DNA of 61,080 bases, the filler included, from Fonticula-like sp. SCN 57-25 (Eukaryota): the NCBI GenBank assembly GCA_001724245.1. It is 7 parts of 7 records of this genome, joined end to end, with 100 filler letters (N's around TTAATTAATTAA, not from the genome) between each part and the next. Parts side by side here need not be neighbours in the genome. Positions count along the whole stretch, not along the records: positions 7,164 to 16,886 come from MEDX01000399.1; positions 16,987 to 25,326 come from MEDX01000400.1; 5 more parts are not named here. One strand, 5' to 3'. Below the pieces are notes generated by a model that saw only the letters and a list, made by a program, of their open reading frames with translations, did not search any database and was not told the origin of the DNA. A program made the translations under genes and the position numbers. Shown here in pieces: positions 10,101 to 21,746 of this stretch. Every line of letters begins with the position of its first letter. Position 1 is the first letter of the stretch.

Positions 10101-11693
10101 GCACGCAGTACGCTCGCTCGATTTCCTCCTCGTGTCTCACCGCTTTGATAGGGACAAGCTTGACCACGAACAGCTGCGCAACCTCGAGGGCGTCATCATT
10201 GCCAACCGCGTGAGCAACAGCAAGGGCGTCCTGTCCGACAAGGAGTCGCCCGTCTTGCAGACGCTCGTGACGTTTGACAATGGTACGCGCGGCTGCTTTT
10301 CTAATTAGTTTTCTAAATATTTTGCGCAGGCGACAGGTGGCTTCCTCTCACTGCGCCGACGCGCGACGTGAACGGCAACCCGATCAAGTGCTACACGACG
10401 AGCGGCTGCTCTCTCCACCTGCACGGCGCCGCGTCTCCCAATGTGCAGCCCAACTTTGAGATGGCGAACCCGTCTGCGCCCGGCCTCGCCATGGCGGTGG
10501 GCAACACGGGCGCTTCGCTGAGCGCGTACGACCAGGGCGACACGTACCTGACCAACGACGCTGGCCTGACGTGGCGCATGGTGCGCAAGGGCGCGCACAT
10601 GCACGCGTTTGGCGACCACGGCGCCGTCGTCGTCATCGTCAACGACGAGGACCCGACGAGCCACGTCCGCTACTCGTGGGACATGGGCCAGACATGGGCC
10701 AACTTTGACTTTTTGGACGGCGACAAGGTGCGCTCAATCTCATGCTGAACGTACATTATACTGACGCGTATTTACCCCACAGATGCGCGTGTCGACGGTG
10801 CGCCACCGCAAGAATTCGACGTCGCTCATCTTCCAGCTGACGGGCACGCTCCAGTCGTCGTCCAAGCTCGCCATGATTGCGGTCGACCTGTCGTCCACCG
10901 CGCCGGACGCGTGCGCCAAGTCGGACTTTGAGGAGTGGAACCCGGCCGAGTTTACGAGCTCGCGCTGCCTGCTCGGCCACGAGCTCACGTACCAGCGCAG
11001 GAAGGCGTCCAGCGCGTGCTTTATCACCGACGCGTTCCTCCCCGCCAAGCCGGTCGTTACACACTGCCTCTGCGTCCTCGACGACTTTGAATGGTTCGCC
11101 ATTGAGTGGTGTTTGGACCATCTGCTAACGCGTTGCCATGCAGTGATATCGGCTTTGAGTACAACACCGAGGGCCTCTGCGTGCCGTCCGACTCGTACGT
11201 GGCCCCGGAGCAGCCCGAGGGGTGCGAAACGGGCGAGCCTTACAACGTGCCGTCGGGGTACGCATACCTGTTCTTTCTTTGGTTGCTTATTTACGTTTTT
11301 GCGTGCAGCTACCACAAGAACCCAATTGACACGTGCGAGGGCGGGCACGACTATGCGGCGCCGGTCGTCCGCTACTGCAACATTGACGCGGCGCCCACTG
11401 ATGCCGCGCCGGGGACAAGCGAAGGCGGTCTCAGCGGCGGCGCGATTGCGGCGCTCGTGCTTGTCCCGCTGGCAATCGTGGGTGTCGCTGCGGCCGGCTG
11501 GTACTGGGTGACGCAGCGCTCGCGCCAGCGGCGGTCATGGGACTTTGACAGCGACATGTGCAGGTGCGAGGGCATTTTTTGCATGGTTTTTTATTTGCTC
11601 ACGGTGGCGTGCAGCGGCTGTTCATGGCCGTCGTGGATGCCGTTCTGCGGCAAGAGCCGCGACCCGACCGATCTACTGATGGACGACTACTAG
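7164..11693 (+). CDS. VPS10: Vps10/sortilin vacuolar sorting receptor with two Vps10 domains, TM helix and short tail; 5' truncated, many introns
   Basis: Asp-box/BNR motifs (SFDDGARW, TTDGGISW, TNDAGLTW, SWDMGQTW). Two copies of CSLHLH..A.G..MA.GN.G and of the 10-Cys module (CxCxxxDFExDxGFE...GY....DTCEGG). TM AIAALVLVPLAIVGVAAAGWYW; tail ends DPTDLLMDDY. Confidence 0.93.
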
Positions 11694-11815
11694 CTCAACA
11701 ATTTCAATAATGCACAGTGGAATGTAGAACGTAGGTAGTTTCGCAGGTATCGCTGCGCGAATAGAACAGTAAAATAAAATTGAAAGATAATTACAAATAA
11801 GAATCAAAAGCATAG

Positions 11816-12572
11816 CTACCTGCGGCGCTTGCGCGGCTGGTCGTCGCGCTCCTCGACCGCCGTTGTTGTGAGGGTGACCGCCTCGGAAGGAGCCGGCCGC
11901 CCCTTGGACTTGACCGGCGAATTGGCCGCCAAGGTCTGAAGCGAAGGCTCCACCACCTGAATGGTGGCCCACATTTCTTCCACCGCCAGCTACCGCAAAA
12001 TGCACGTTAGCCCACCGCACCAAGGTCCATTGGAAGCGAACCTTTTCCGACGCCTCGGCCGCCTTGAGAAGCACATTAGACGCGTCAGCGTGCCGCTTCA
12101 TTGTCTTTTCCATGCCTGTCATAATACCCGTAATCTGCGTCGCCATAGCCTCGTTTGACTTTGTAATATTCTTGAGCTTTTCCGAGACGAGGGCGATCAT
12201 TGCGCGGCGGGATGCCAGCGTGGCAGCGGCTACGCGCTCCCCGGCATCGAGCGAATCCCAGGATGACTTGCCGCCGGTCTTGGCTGCACCGCTCCCAGTC
12301 GAATGTGCCGTAACAAGCGCATCCATATCGTTTAGCCGCTCGATCAGCCTATGCTCCGCCGCAATGTTGTCAAACTCTTCCAGCGTGCTCTCGCGCAGGA
12401 ACGAATTGATCTCCTTCATCGCGCCATTCAGTTGCGTGCGGGAAATCTCTTTGGGAAAGCAGTCTGCCACCGCATCGGCCGTGCAGCTCTTGAGCATCGT
12501 GTCAATCATCTTGCCGAGCGCCTCGCGCATCTTTTTGGCGCGCGGCCCAGGCACCACCTCGGCTTCCGACAT
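11816..12572 (-). CDS. NNF1: Kinetochore Mis12-complex subunit Nnf1/PMF1
   Basis: RAKKMREAL...DCFP...FLRESTLEEFDNIAAEHRLIERLNDMDALV pattern followed by coiled coil. One intron near 12040-11990; ends QPRKRRR*. Confidence 0.7.
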
Positions 12573-12599
12573 GATGTTTGATTTGGCGGCGTAGAGGGA

Positions 12600-12611
12600 T
12601 TTCGCGCCAAA
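12600..12611. promoter_or_regulatory. Overlapping double E2F-type site TTTCGCGCCAAA
   Basis: Exact 12-mer 28 bp upstream of the NNF1 ATG, in a 98-bp divergent intergenic gap that also has a CCAAT box. Confidence 0.55.
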
Positions 12612-12670
12612 AAAAACGAACGCCAATCAGCTCGGCGTCAGCAAATCAGACGAATCAGAAGAAATCAGTC

Positions 12671-13954
12671 ATGGCGGCGGCACCTGTCGCGCGGCAGTGC
12701 GCGCTGTCGGCGGCGCAATCTGAGGAGGTTTTTGAAAAGTTGCTACCTCAGGAGCGCCTGGTGCTCAGCGAATGGTGTGCCGAACAGGTGCGCCAGGGAA
12801 ATATACGCGCGTTGCTGGAGAACCGCGGGCGGCCGACGCGGTGGCTGGTGCGGACGCTCGACACCGGCCGCTGGCGCCCGTTCGTGTGGCGCGGCGTTCA
12901 CGTCCGCTTTGTCCCAGAGGCGCCCAACCAAGAGTCCATGTTTCAAGTACGCCATATTACCTGATACGGTTATTGGTTTAACGCGCGCCTGCCTGCTGCA
13001 GATGGCCACATCTCTCCTTCGCGACTGCGCGGTACAGCTGAGCATGCTGCTCGCCATGTTTGAGAACGTCGCGCAGGCGCACGTACTTGTTACGCAGGTG
13101 CCGCTAGAGTGCCTAAAGGCGTTCATTGAAACGCAATCGTCTCAAAACGTCGCGCCGGACGCGTCCCTGCAGGGAAAGCTAAAGGCGTCGTGGGCGGCCG
13201 CGGGCGTCCCCGAGGAGCAGTTTCAATCATTCGCGCACGCGCTCCTCAAGCTTCGAGCCGACCACGACCCGCCGTATATCTTGCTGTTTTCACGCGTGGA
13301 CAAGGCAGCGCTTATTGTTGTCTGCCGTCACGAAGCGCAGCTCGGTTCCTATCAGAGCTCAATGCCAGGGATCGCCCGGATGGTGCGCAAAAACACCTGG
13401 TAGTGTGGTCGCTCACTTTGCCGCCCAGCCATTACTGCCGTGGGCAATCCTAGAGCATGCTGCCAGCACCGAGGTCCCGCGCGTTCTCTGCCAGGCACAG
13501 TGCGTTTCTTTTATTTTTGCCTTTGTGAACTAATTGGCCCAGGGGGTGCAACAAGGGCTCGCCGGCGGCTGCGGCCTTGATGACCACGTTCGAGTCGCAC
13601 AAGGGGCCGCGCGAGCGGAATGCCAAGGCCGCCGCGGAGCGCCGCGCCCGCGAAAAGTGGGACAGCGAGCTTGGGGCGGCGATGCAGGCCGAGCTGAACG
13701 CCACGCCTGGTTCGCATTGTTGACTGCTGTTTGTCCTCTAATGCATGGTATCAGAAAATGACCAGGATGCGGCCAATGCCATCCAGGAGCGCTACTCGGA
13801 TATGATTGACAGCCTGGAGGCCACGCTAGAATCGGAAGAGCTCGCCAGCACGCACGCGTCGCTCTTCAACTGCAGCGCCTGCAAGAGTGCGGGCTACTGT
13901 TCGCGCGCATGCCAAGCGTCCGACTGGGCTCGCCATAAGCCTTTCTGTGCATAG
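12671..13954 (+). CDS. MYND-type zinc finger protein, multi-exon
   Basis: C-terminal CSACKSAGYCSRACQASDWARHKPFC*. Four short GT-AG introns join the listed ORF pieces in frame. Confidence 0.8.
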
Positions 13955-14091
13955 ATTTCTGAATTGACGCATTCAATAAACCATACATTTATGTGGGGCT
14001 GCATCTTTCTACAACATAATAACATGCTAATCACATCATGGCACCCCACGCACAGTCGCTCTGTATATACACGCAAATATAACTAATCAGG

Positions 14092-14958
14092 CTACCGAAA
14101 GCCACCCGTCGAGTGGGACACCCCGCGGTTCTTTGAAAGGCGCACCTTTTTCGATATCAAAAGCCACCGCTGCCGCACGCGATAGTACTTGTACGCCTTC
14201 CAAATGCGCGCGGCGGCGACGGTCCTGCCAGCCTGCCTCACGGCGCGGCTCCGCCTCATCATCGAGCGCCACACATCGTTGTCCCAAATATTGTTGCGCT
14301 CAGTGTGGCGGGAGACCAAGCCAAGCAAGTGCGAAAGGCTGTCTTCCGCAAAAGTAGCAGAGGTGGTAAACAGCGGGCTGTCCTCGTCGTCCGGCTGAGC
14401 GCCTCTCTGGCCTGGGGGCGACGCGCCCCTAGCAGTCACGATAAAACTGCCGAGTTCGTCGTCTTCACCTCGGGCCGAGAAAAAGTAAGGAGCAATCGGG
14501 GGAAACTGGCGATCATTGGAATCAGAAGGCTGGGGAGGCTGCCGCGTTTGTTGCTCCAGTCCAGTGTTGAGGATGAACCCGCTGGTGGCAGACGGTTCGC
14601 CACCAAGATCAATGCCGCGCCGCCGTAAACGGGGCCGCGGACGAACAGGTAATTCCGACCCCTCCCCTAACGACGGCGGAAAGGTAAACTCGGGAGGCAC
14701 AATAATTCGCCTCTCAGAGCCGGTGTTATTTGTGCCCTCGGGCGCCTGCTCGACGCGAACGCTCGTCCCGTCATCGTTGCCCCGGCGGTCGGGAACGCCG
14801 CCCAAGCGATGCGCAAGAACGAGCGCGGCCCGCCGCTCCAGATCGCCTCGCGAGCGCAAATTTAAGCTAGAACTCATCGGCTCGTGAAACAGCGCAGCCG
14901 CCAATCGCCGGCGCTCCAGGCTCGACAGGCTTTGTTGGTCCTCGAATGCCTGAGGCAT
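14092..14958 (-). CDS. Hypothetical largely disordered protein with a C-terminal IQ-like motif
   Basis: 288-aa ORF; AAARIWKAYKYYRVRQR resembles an IQ motif. Start is uncertain and an upstream exon is possible. Confidence 0.55.
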   Translation of the reverse strand: MPQAFEDQQSLSSLERRRLAAALFHEPMSSSLNLRSRGDLERRAALVLAHRLGGVPDRRGNDDGTSVRVEQAPEGTNNTGSERRIIVPPEFTFPPSLGEGSELPVRPRPRLRRRGIDLGGEPSATSGFILNTGLEQQTRQPPQPSDSNDRQFPPIAPYFFSARGEDDELGSFIVTARGASPPGQRGAQPDDEDSPLFTTSATFAEDSLSHLLGLVSRHTERNNIWDNDVWRSMMRRSRAVRQAGRTVAAARIWKAYKYYRVRQRWLLISKKVRLSKNRGVSHSTGGFR

Positions 14959-15174
14959 CGTCGTCCTACAAGCAGACTGCTACAGGGTTGCCACAAGATT
15001 GTGGTAGGTGTACGTAGCAGCCGCGACGCGAGTGTGCCGGAGCGCGGTACGCCGCGGAGCACAGAGAAAGCGGGCGGTACGTGTAGTAATTGAAGTAAGC
15101 AGACCCGGTCAGACGCGTTTTTAGCTCGCTGAATGCGCGGCTGCACTGCACACTTCCGTCTATAGTCAGCAGCA

Positions 15175-15189
15175 CGCGCGAAATTTGAA
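15175..15189 (+). promoter_or_regulatory. CDE/CHR-like (E2F + TTTGAA) tandem element
   Basis: CGCGC-GAAA-TTTGAA: GC box, 4-nt spacer, CHR hexamer; 60 bp upstream of the TRIM37 ATG. Confidence 0.5.
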
Positions 15190-15249
15190 AAATTTGATCC
15201 AAATCCATCAAGTTTGACACATTGAAACGGTCCGACCGCGGGCACGGGG

Positions 15250-16886
15250 ATGGACGAGGACGTCCCGGTGGTGCAGTGCTTTGTGTGCTATGGCGGCGTG
15301 GTACAGGCACACGCCTGCCCGTCGTGCGGCCAGGTGGCGTGCGAATTGTGCATAAAAGTACGATTGTGTCGAGTCACTGGCGCTTGCTCATTGGAGGATG
15401 GCATAGACTTGGCTGCGGGACCACTCGACATGTCCGCATTGCCGCGCGATGCTTCGCTTGTCGCAGCTAATACGACTTCCATTCCTCGAAGACGTTCAAT
15501 TGGTGCGTGAGCTTGTTTTGATGGTGTTATGGCTGCTCATCGTCGTCGCGCAGAACATCCGGCAGCTGAGCGAGGCGCACCGCAAGCTGCAGCATGCCTC
15601 GCGTGTTCAGCTGGCCGAGCAGTGCCCCGCCCACAATACGCCTTACTATTACTATTGCCATAATTGCAAGGAAGCGGCGTGTCCCGACTGCGTCACGATG
15701 GATGGCAAGCACCGCGACCACTCGCTCGCGCACTTGCGCGCCCTTTTCGCAGCCAATCAGCAGCAGCTGCAGGCGGTGATCCACACCGCCGACGCGCGGC
15801 GGCAGTCGTTGCTCGACAAGGTACAGCACGCTGAACGATGCGCGGCGCGACTGAGAGAGAGCCGCGACGATGCCATTTCAGAGCTCCACGAGACGACAGA
15901 GCTCGCCGTCCAAGCCCTCCAAATGGACTATTCAAAGCGGCACACGCGGCTTCACGAGTATGCCACAAGGCACGCGTCGCGCGCGGCTTCACTGCTCCAG
16001 ACAATCAATGACCAGCAGCGCTCGCTTTCGCGGCTCCCGGTCCTCCAGGTCGTTGCGTCGCTGCCGACGCTGACGAAAGAGCTCGAGCAAAAGGTACGCT
16101 ATCGGTTGTGAGCGCCCGGATGGCTGACGATGGGGGCCTAGCTTATGCTACAAGTATCTGACGAGCCGCTGCCTGCCGACCTTGTGCGGTTTGACGGCGA
16201 GAGCTGCCTCGCGCCAGCCTTTCATATCATGGAGGTGGCCATTCCCGTAGGGAGCTCTGCCGTCACATACAGCGACACAATCACGCGGGACGGGCTGCAA
16301 TGGCGGCTTAAGGTGTACCCTCGCGGGAACGAAATGGCGATGCCGGGGTTTGTTTCAGTGTTTCTCGAGTGCCTTGAATCCTACCCGAACCAGCCCGCTG
16401 CAAACTGCCAGTACCGGCTGGAATTGGTGCGCTCCCTGCGCGCCGCCGCCAAATGCTCACCCACGCATTCTTCAGCTGCATTCAAAAGACCCCACGTTGC
16501 GCATTGTGCGGTCATTTACATCGCGCTTTGTGGCCGGCGATTGCTGGGGTTCAAACCGGCTAGCACAGATTGACCAGCTGGTACGTACGGCGTCATGACT
16601 CTTTTGGTGCTGACGAATGGGCAGCGAGCGCAGGGGTTTGTGTTTCCCGATGGAACGCTGCGCTGCGAATGTCACATGCGACCGGCGTCCTACAAGGCGA
16701 GGTGCGAGGACATGGAAGCGTACGTTTTGTCTACTATTGTGCATACACGGGCGCTCACAGTGGTCGCGTAGGTATATCAAGCACCTAGAGGAAAGACTGG
16801 CGCATGCGGACCGCGTAGCCCCGCCCGAAGAAATGCCTGAACAGGCGGCGCGCGCGTCACTGGGGAGCACGGCGCCACCGAGCGAG
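15250..16886 (+). CDS. TRIM37: TRIM37-like E3 ligase (RING, B-box, coiled coil, MATH); 3' truncated
   Basis: RING CFVC..CPSC..ACELCIK|..WL....CPHCR; B-box CPAH..YYCHNC..ACPDC..HRDH; coiled coil; MATH WRLKVYPRGN..VSVFLE..F..GDCWG. Confidence 0.85.
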
Positions 16887-16986
16887 NNNNNNNNNNNNNN
16901 NNNNNNNNNNNNNNNNNNNNNNNNNNNNNNTTAATTAATTAANNNNNNNNNNNNNNNNNNNNNNNNNNNNNNNNNNNNNNNNNNNN
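16887..16986. other. Artificial contig linker
   Basis: N-run with central TTAATTAATTAA. Confidence 0.98.
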
Positions 16987-17147
16987 AAGCCGCCATTCAC
17001 CGAGGCAATTCCGATGGGCTTAAAGTCTCTCCGGAAGAGTTGGGCGAGCGCGAGATCCTCGGTCGCCTGCTTCTTGCTCTTCACCTCTTGCACGTGACGG
17101 CGACCCCCGCCGCCTCGCCCTAGGCGCTGCTCGCGGATCCGATCCAT
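16987..17147 (-). CDS. 5' fragment of an unidentified protein (MDRIREQRLG...)
   Basis: Open frame from ATG 17147 to the contig end, divergent from NAA80 with typical spacing. Product not recognised. Confidence 0.45.
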
Positions 17148-17247
17148 CGCGCCCGACTGCGCCGAGGACCGCAAAGGCGCCCCCCGCCCCGTCCACCGCG
17201 AAGCAGCAGACGCGGCCAGCCAGCGCACCGATCCGTGGCGCGCAAGC

Positions 17248-17909
17248 ATGGCGGCCGGTTCGTTGCAGGTGGTGCCGGTCCACAATGCGAGTGACGCGAT
17301 CGCACTCGAAACAGCCGAGCTGTTGAGCAGCGAATGGAAGCGGTCGATCGAGGCACGGCTCTATTCGCTCAGGCAGTCCACAGACGGGCTGCCGGCCTGT
17401 CTCGCCGGGAGCCTCGATGACAGAGTCGTTGCGCACGCGCGCGTCAGCAGAATCACCCTGCCATCAGCCAATGTCGCCATCCTCATCGAGTCAGGTATGT
17501 GATCCTCTCTTGCGTCGAGCCTTTGCTCACGGCGCTTGCAGTTGTGGTGCATGCGAGCCTGCGAGGCCAGGGAATAGGGCGCCGCATCATGGAGGCCGCC
17601 GAGGCGTACGCGGCCCGGGCCGTCCCCGATGCGACCGCGTTTTACCTCAGCACGCCCGACATGCAGGCTTTCTATTCGCGTTTGGGGTACACCGAGTGCG
17701 AGCAGCCAACCTTTGCAAAGGCTGGCGGTCTATTTGAGGCCATGCACAGCGAGCAGCCGACATTCGCTGTCGCTGAGGAGCCGGCAGTGTCCACGCCCGA
17801 GGAGCCCGTCGTGGGGCGAACCGCTGCGCCCCCACCGCCCCCGCCGCCCCCGCTCGCGCCCGCCTTGCCGCAGGAGCCTCCTCACCAGTGGTTTACAAAG
17901 ACCATATAG
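17248..17909 (+). CDS. NAA80: NAA80/NAT6 actin N-terminal acetyltransferase (GNAT fold), 2 exons
   Basis: EWKRSIEARLYSLRQSTDGLP, VVAHARVSRI, ESVVVHASLRGQGIGRRIM, YLSTPDMQAFYSRLGY, a poly-Pro run and terminal WFTKTI; same motif order as animal NAA80. Confidence 0.88.
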
Positions 17910-17961
17910 CATTGTATTATACGCATAAACACAAGGGAAACAATAAAGAAAGTGCATTCCG

Positions 17962-19204
17962 TCACCGCCGGCCTCCGCGCATCGATCCGCCCGACTTGGG
18001 CTTCTTGTTCTTATCGTTGGCCTTGGCCGGAGCCGGGCGCTTGGCGCCGCCAGAGCTGCCCGTCGAAGGCGTCACCGTAAAGAAGCCGTCCAGGCGACCC
18101 TGCGCCGCCGAGCCGCGCGTCTTTTCGATGCGCTGCACCGTGTTGCGCACGCGAGCCTCGCTATGGGAGCAATGGTCAGAAGTGGGGACATCTTGCGGTC
18201 CAGACGTACCTAAAGCCCTTTTCCTTGACCAAAAAGTCGACGAGGCCTTCCTCGTCCGGCGCGCCCCACTTTAGCTGCACAGAGTGTAAGGCAACATTAG
18301 CGCTCTAGGGTGCACGCACATCTATCGTCTCGGGATCGGTCACCTCGGGGTTGACAAAGAGCGCGCGGGCCTCAGTGTACGGCCACGAGTCCGGCACGAT
18401 AAACTTGGTGTCCTCGAGGTTCTTGATGACCTCTTCAATGGTCGAAAACTTTTTGATATAGTCGAGCGCCTTCTTGGGACCGATGCCCGAGATGGAATCG
18501 CAGTAGTCGCAGCCAAGAAGAATGCAGAGGTCGATGAACTGGTTCATCTCCATCCCGAGCCCCTCCAGAACCTTGGCCAGGTGCACCTCTACGATCGGTT
18601 CCTTGCGCGCCTCGCTAAACGTAAGGTGACGCAGCAGGACCGGCGAGCCGAATGTGAGCGAGTCCATGTCCTCCGAGCCCGTGGCGTAGACCTTGCCGGC
18701 CTTGCACAGGGCGGCGCACTGCGCCTCGGCCTCTCCCGGCGCCTCGACGTACGGGACGCCCATGAGCGTCAGCAGGCGCTTGCAGTCATCGTTGTGCTCG
18801 CGCGTCACGCGGACAGTGCGGCGGCTGAACTTGTCCATGTCGGCCGCGTCGCCGGCCTCGGTCGCCTTCTCAAGCGACTCCTCGGCCTCGCGGCGCTTCT
18901 CCGTGCGCTTCAGCAGCTCGCCAGACTTCATCGTCGGCGGCTTGCCATCAAACACGTACACCGGCTTAATGCCGTTCTCCATCATGCGCACGGTGCGGTA
19001 GAGCATGCCCATCAGGTGACTCGTCGTCTCGCCCGCCTCGTTCGTCAGGACATTGCCCTCTGAGCGCACCGCAATCAGAAACTGATAGATGCTCATCGAC
19101 GCGTCAATGGCGACCTTGCGGTTAAAGTACGCCTTGATGTCATTGTTCTTCATCGCGTTGCCCGCGGCATCCGCGATCACCTTGCTCAGCTGCTTGATGC
19201 CCAT
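17962..19204 (-). CDS. FEN1: Flap endonuclease 1, 3 exons
   Basis: [42 protein letters not shown] and PIP box QGRLDGFF. Confidence 0.98.
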
Positions 19205-19331
19205 CCTCGCAGAAGCCCGGTCAGAAAAAAAGCGCGCCAATCTTTCAAACTCAGGGTGGTAAAATTACCCACCCTTGAGCGTATGGGCGAAAGACAAGGT
19301 AGCTTGAATATACTCCTCTCGATTGTTTTCG

Positions 19332-19343
19332 TTTTGGCGGGAA
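19332..19343. promoter_or_regulatory. E2F-type site TTTTGGCGGGAA
   Basis: In the FEN1/VMA16 divergent gap about 130 bp upstream of FEN1. A second near-match (GCGCGCCAA) lies near 19232. Confidence 0.5.
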
Positions 19344-19485
19344 GGTTCACAGCCCTGCTGCATCCTTGTTAGAATCGGGGTGCGTTTTTTGACCCACCAT
19401 GCTTGTCAATGGGTGGTGCCCACCCTGTGACTAAAAACCTGTCTCTTTTCGCTTGTGTCTTGTGCTCGGACGGAAACCACCGGCG

Positions 19486-20205
19486 ATGGGCTACTACTTG
19501 TACGGCTACTCGGCGGCGGTGCTTTTTACGGCCGTCGTCGTCGCCCTTTACCTTGTCGTTACCGGCCAGGGAACCTACTTTGATGTCGGCAACTTTTTGC
19601 TCGTAACGTCCCCGTACATGTGGGCGCTTTTGGGCATTGCGCTCTGCATCACCTTGTCGGTGATCGGTGCTGCCTGGGGTATCTTTTTCATCGGCTCCTC
19701 CATTCTCGGTGGTTCCGTGAAGGTGCCGCGCATTCGTACCAAGAACTTGCTCTCGTGCGCTCTCTTCTTTTTTTCTTTTATTTTTTCGTGCATCACTGAC
19801 GGTTCCTCGTCAGGATTGTTTTCTGCGAGGCCGTTGCCATCTACGGCATTATTCTCTCGATCGTGTTCAGCCAGCGCCTCTACGCCTGCACTGATCCCAC
19901 TGGCTTCTCGCGCGAGGACTATTTCACCGGCTACAGCTTCTTCTGGGCCGGCGTGACTGTCGGTCTTGCCAACCTCGTCTGCGGTGTGAGCGTCGGTCTG
20001 ACCGGCAGTGCCACTGCCCTCGCTGATGCCCAGGATGGCGTGCTGTTCGTCAAGATTCTTGTCGTGCAGATTTTCGCCTCCGCTATCGGTCTGTTCGGTC
20101 TTATCGTCGGTCTCTTGCAGGTGCGCAAAAGAGCATACTCGCTTGTTTCGCGGTCTTACAAGTGGTTTCCCACAGTCCGGCAAGGCTACCGACTTTTGCG
20201 CATAG
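19486..20205 (+). CDS. VMA16: V-ATPase V0 proteolipid subunit c''
   Basis: [54 protein letters not shown]; two introns. Confidence 0.95.
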
Positions 20206-20457
20206 TGTTGCCGAAGCGGCATTGTACAGCAATCTTTTGTTTTTGCTTTTAAACATATGCGGTTTCCTTGGCCTAGGACGCGCGTCGTTCCCTTTGCGGT
20301 GCGTGCGCGATTCACGGCCTTGGAGCATGCATCTAGATCAAAATTTCTACCTCTTTCGTTTTCTACACTTTGTCCCTTTCCTCTATTCTTTTAATCAATG
20401 AACGGTGAGTTGGGTAACCTCCTGCGGTTTATTGAAGCGCCGGCTGTAGACATTGCT

Positions 20458-21553
20458 CTATGCGAAATAAAAAAGGTCGACGCCCTCCTGCAATCGCCGC
20501 TGCGCAATATGCTCCTCCAGCTCACCGCCCGAAAGCCCGCGCTTTACACACATGACAATGGGCGCGGCGAGCTGCGAAAAGTGCACGATGGGCACGGCAG
20601 GGTACCCGCGCTCGCGAAAGAAGCCCTCCTTGAGCAGCGTGGCCTTGACGTCGCCAAACATGGTCACTTTGCCGCGCGCCGCATCCGAAAGCATCTTGTA
20701 GAATCGCTTGCCGGTCTTGCCGGCGCCCCATATCGAAAAGGCCGGGATGCTGTCTAGTACTTGGCGCTCCAGCGCGCGCACGCGGTGCGTCATGATCGTC
20801 TGCTCGGTGACGGACAGCGACGTTGCGTGCGCGTGGTACCGATACACCGTCAGGGGCCGCGGGACCTTGCACAGCCGCGCGCCCAGCTCTATGGCGCGGT
20901 AGTAGAACATGAGGTCCTCGGGCACGCCTCGGCCGCCTTCGTCAAAGGGGCCGGCCAGATCAAAGAGCTGGCGCCACATGAACCAGCATGGCTTGGCAAG
21001 CGTGCACTCGACAAAACGCTGCGACATGAGCTGATCTGCAAAGACAGACTTAGCCGCTGGCACAGAGACAGCGCCGCGCACCTTCACTGAGCGATGTGAG
21101 CCAGTCAATGTACCGCGCCGTAGATCCCGGCGGGTCGCGAACGAGATCGGACCCCACTAGCCACATTGGCCCGCGCTCGCGTGCCAGGGCAACTTGTTCC
21201 ACAACGCGCTCCGGCTTCATCTCGTCGTCGGCGTCCAAGAAACACAACAATGGCGCACTAGACAGCTCGACTGCGCGGTTGGACGCGTAGCCGCATCCGC
21301 GCGCCGCGGTCCCTGCCGGGGCGCCGCCTATTACGAGGTCAATGTCGCGCTGGGCCAGCCGAGCTCGCCACGCCTCTAACATCGCGAGCGACGAATCTGT
21401 GCTCGCATCATCATACACGCACAGCTCCATCGGCTCACTGAATGTCTGCTCTGCTATCGAACTCACCGTCGCGTCTATAAAGGAGGCCGCGTTGTGCATA
21501 GGCATTACCACGGACACGGCTCGCCCCGCCGTCCGGGCGTCTCCCGCCATCAT
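20458..21553 (-). CDS. B3GNTL1: B3GNTL1/QTGAL-like GT2 glycosyltransferase (queuosine-tRNA galactosyltransferase family)
   Basis: GT2 core VSVVMP..DDASTD..CFLDADD. Family-specific GPFDEGGRGVPEDLMF, YRYH, IWGAGKTGKR, PIVHF, CVKRGLSGGELE, LQEGVD. One intron. Confidence 0.9.
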
Positions 21554-21746
21554 GCAACGACCAGTTTGCAGTTTGCAGATTTGTGGTCCTTTGTCGACCT
21601 GACGCGTCCTTTTTTGCAAGAGGGGGTGGCGAGGTAGACCTGCCAACGCCGCCCTTTGGCTTTATTCGCCGACCCTTTGTTCAGGTATTGCTGTGTTCTC
21701 TTCCTTTCTGCCAAGTGGCACGGGGCCTTTTTAGTGGGCACACGCC

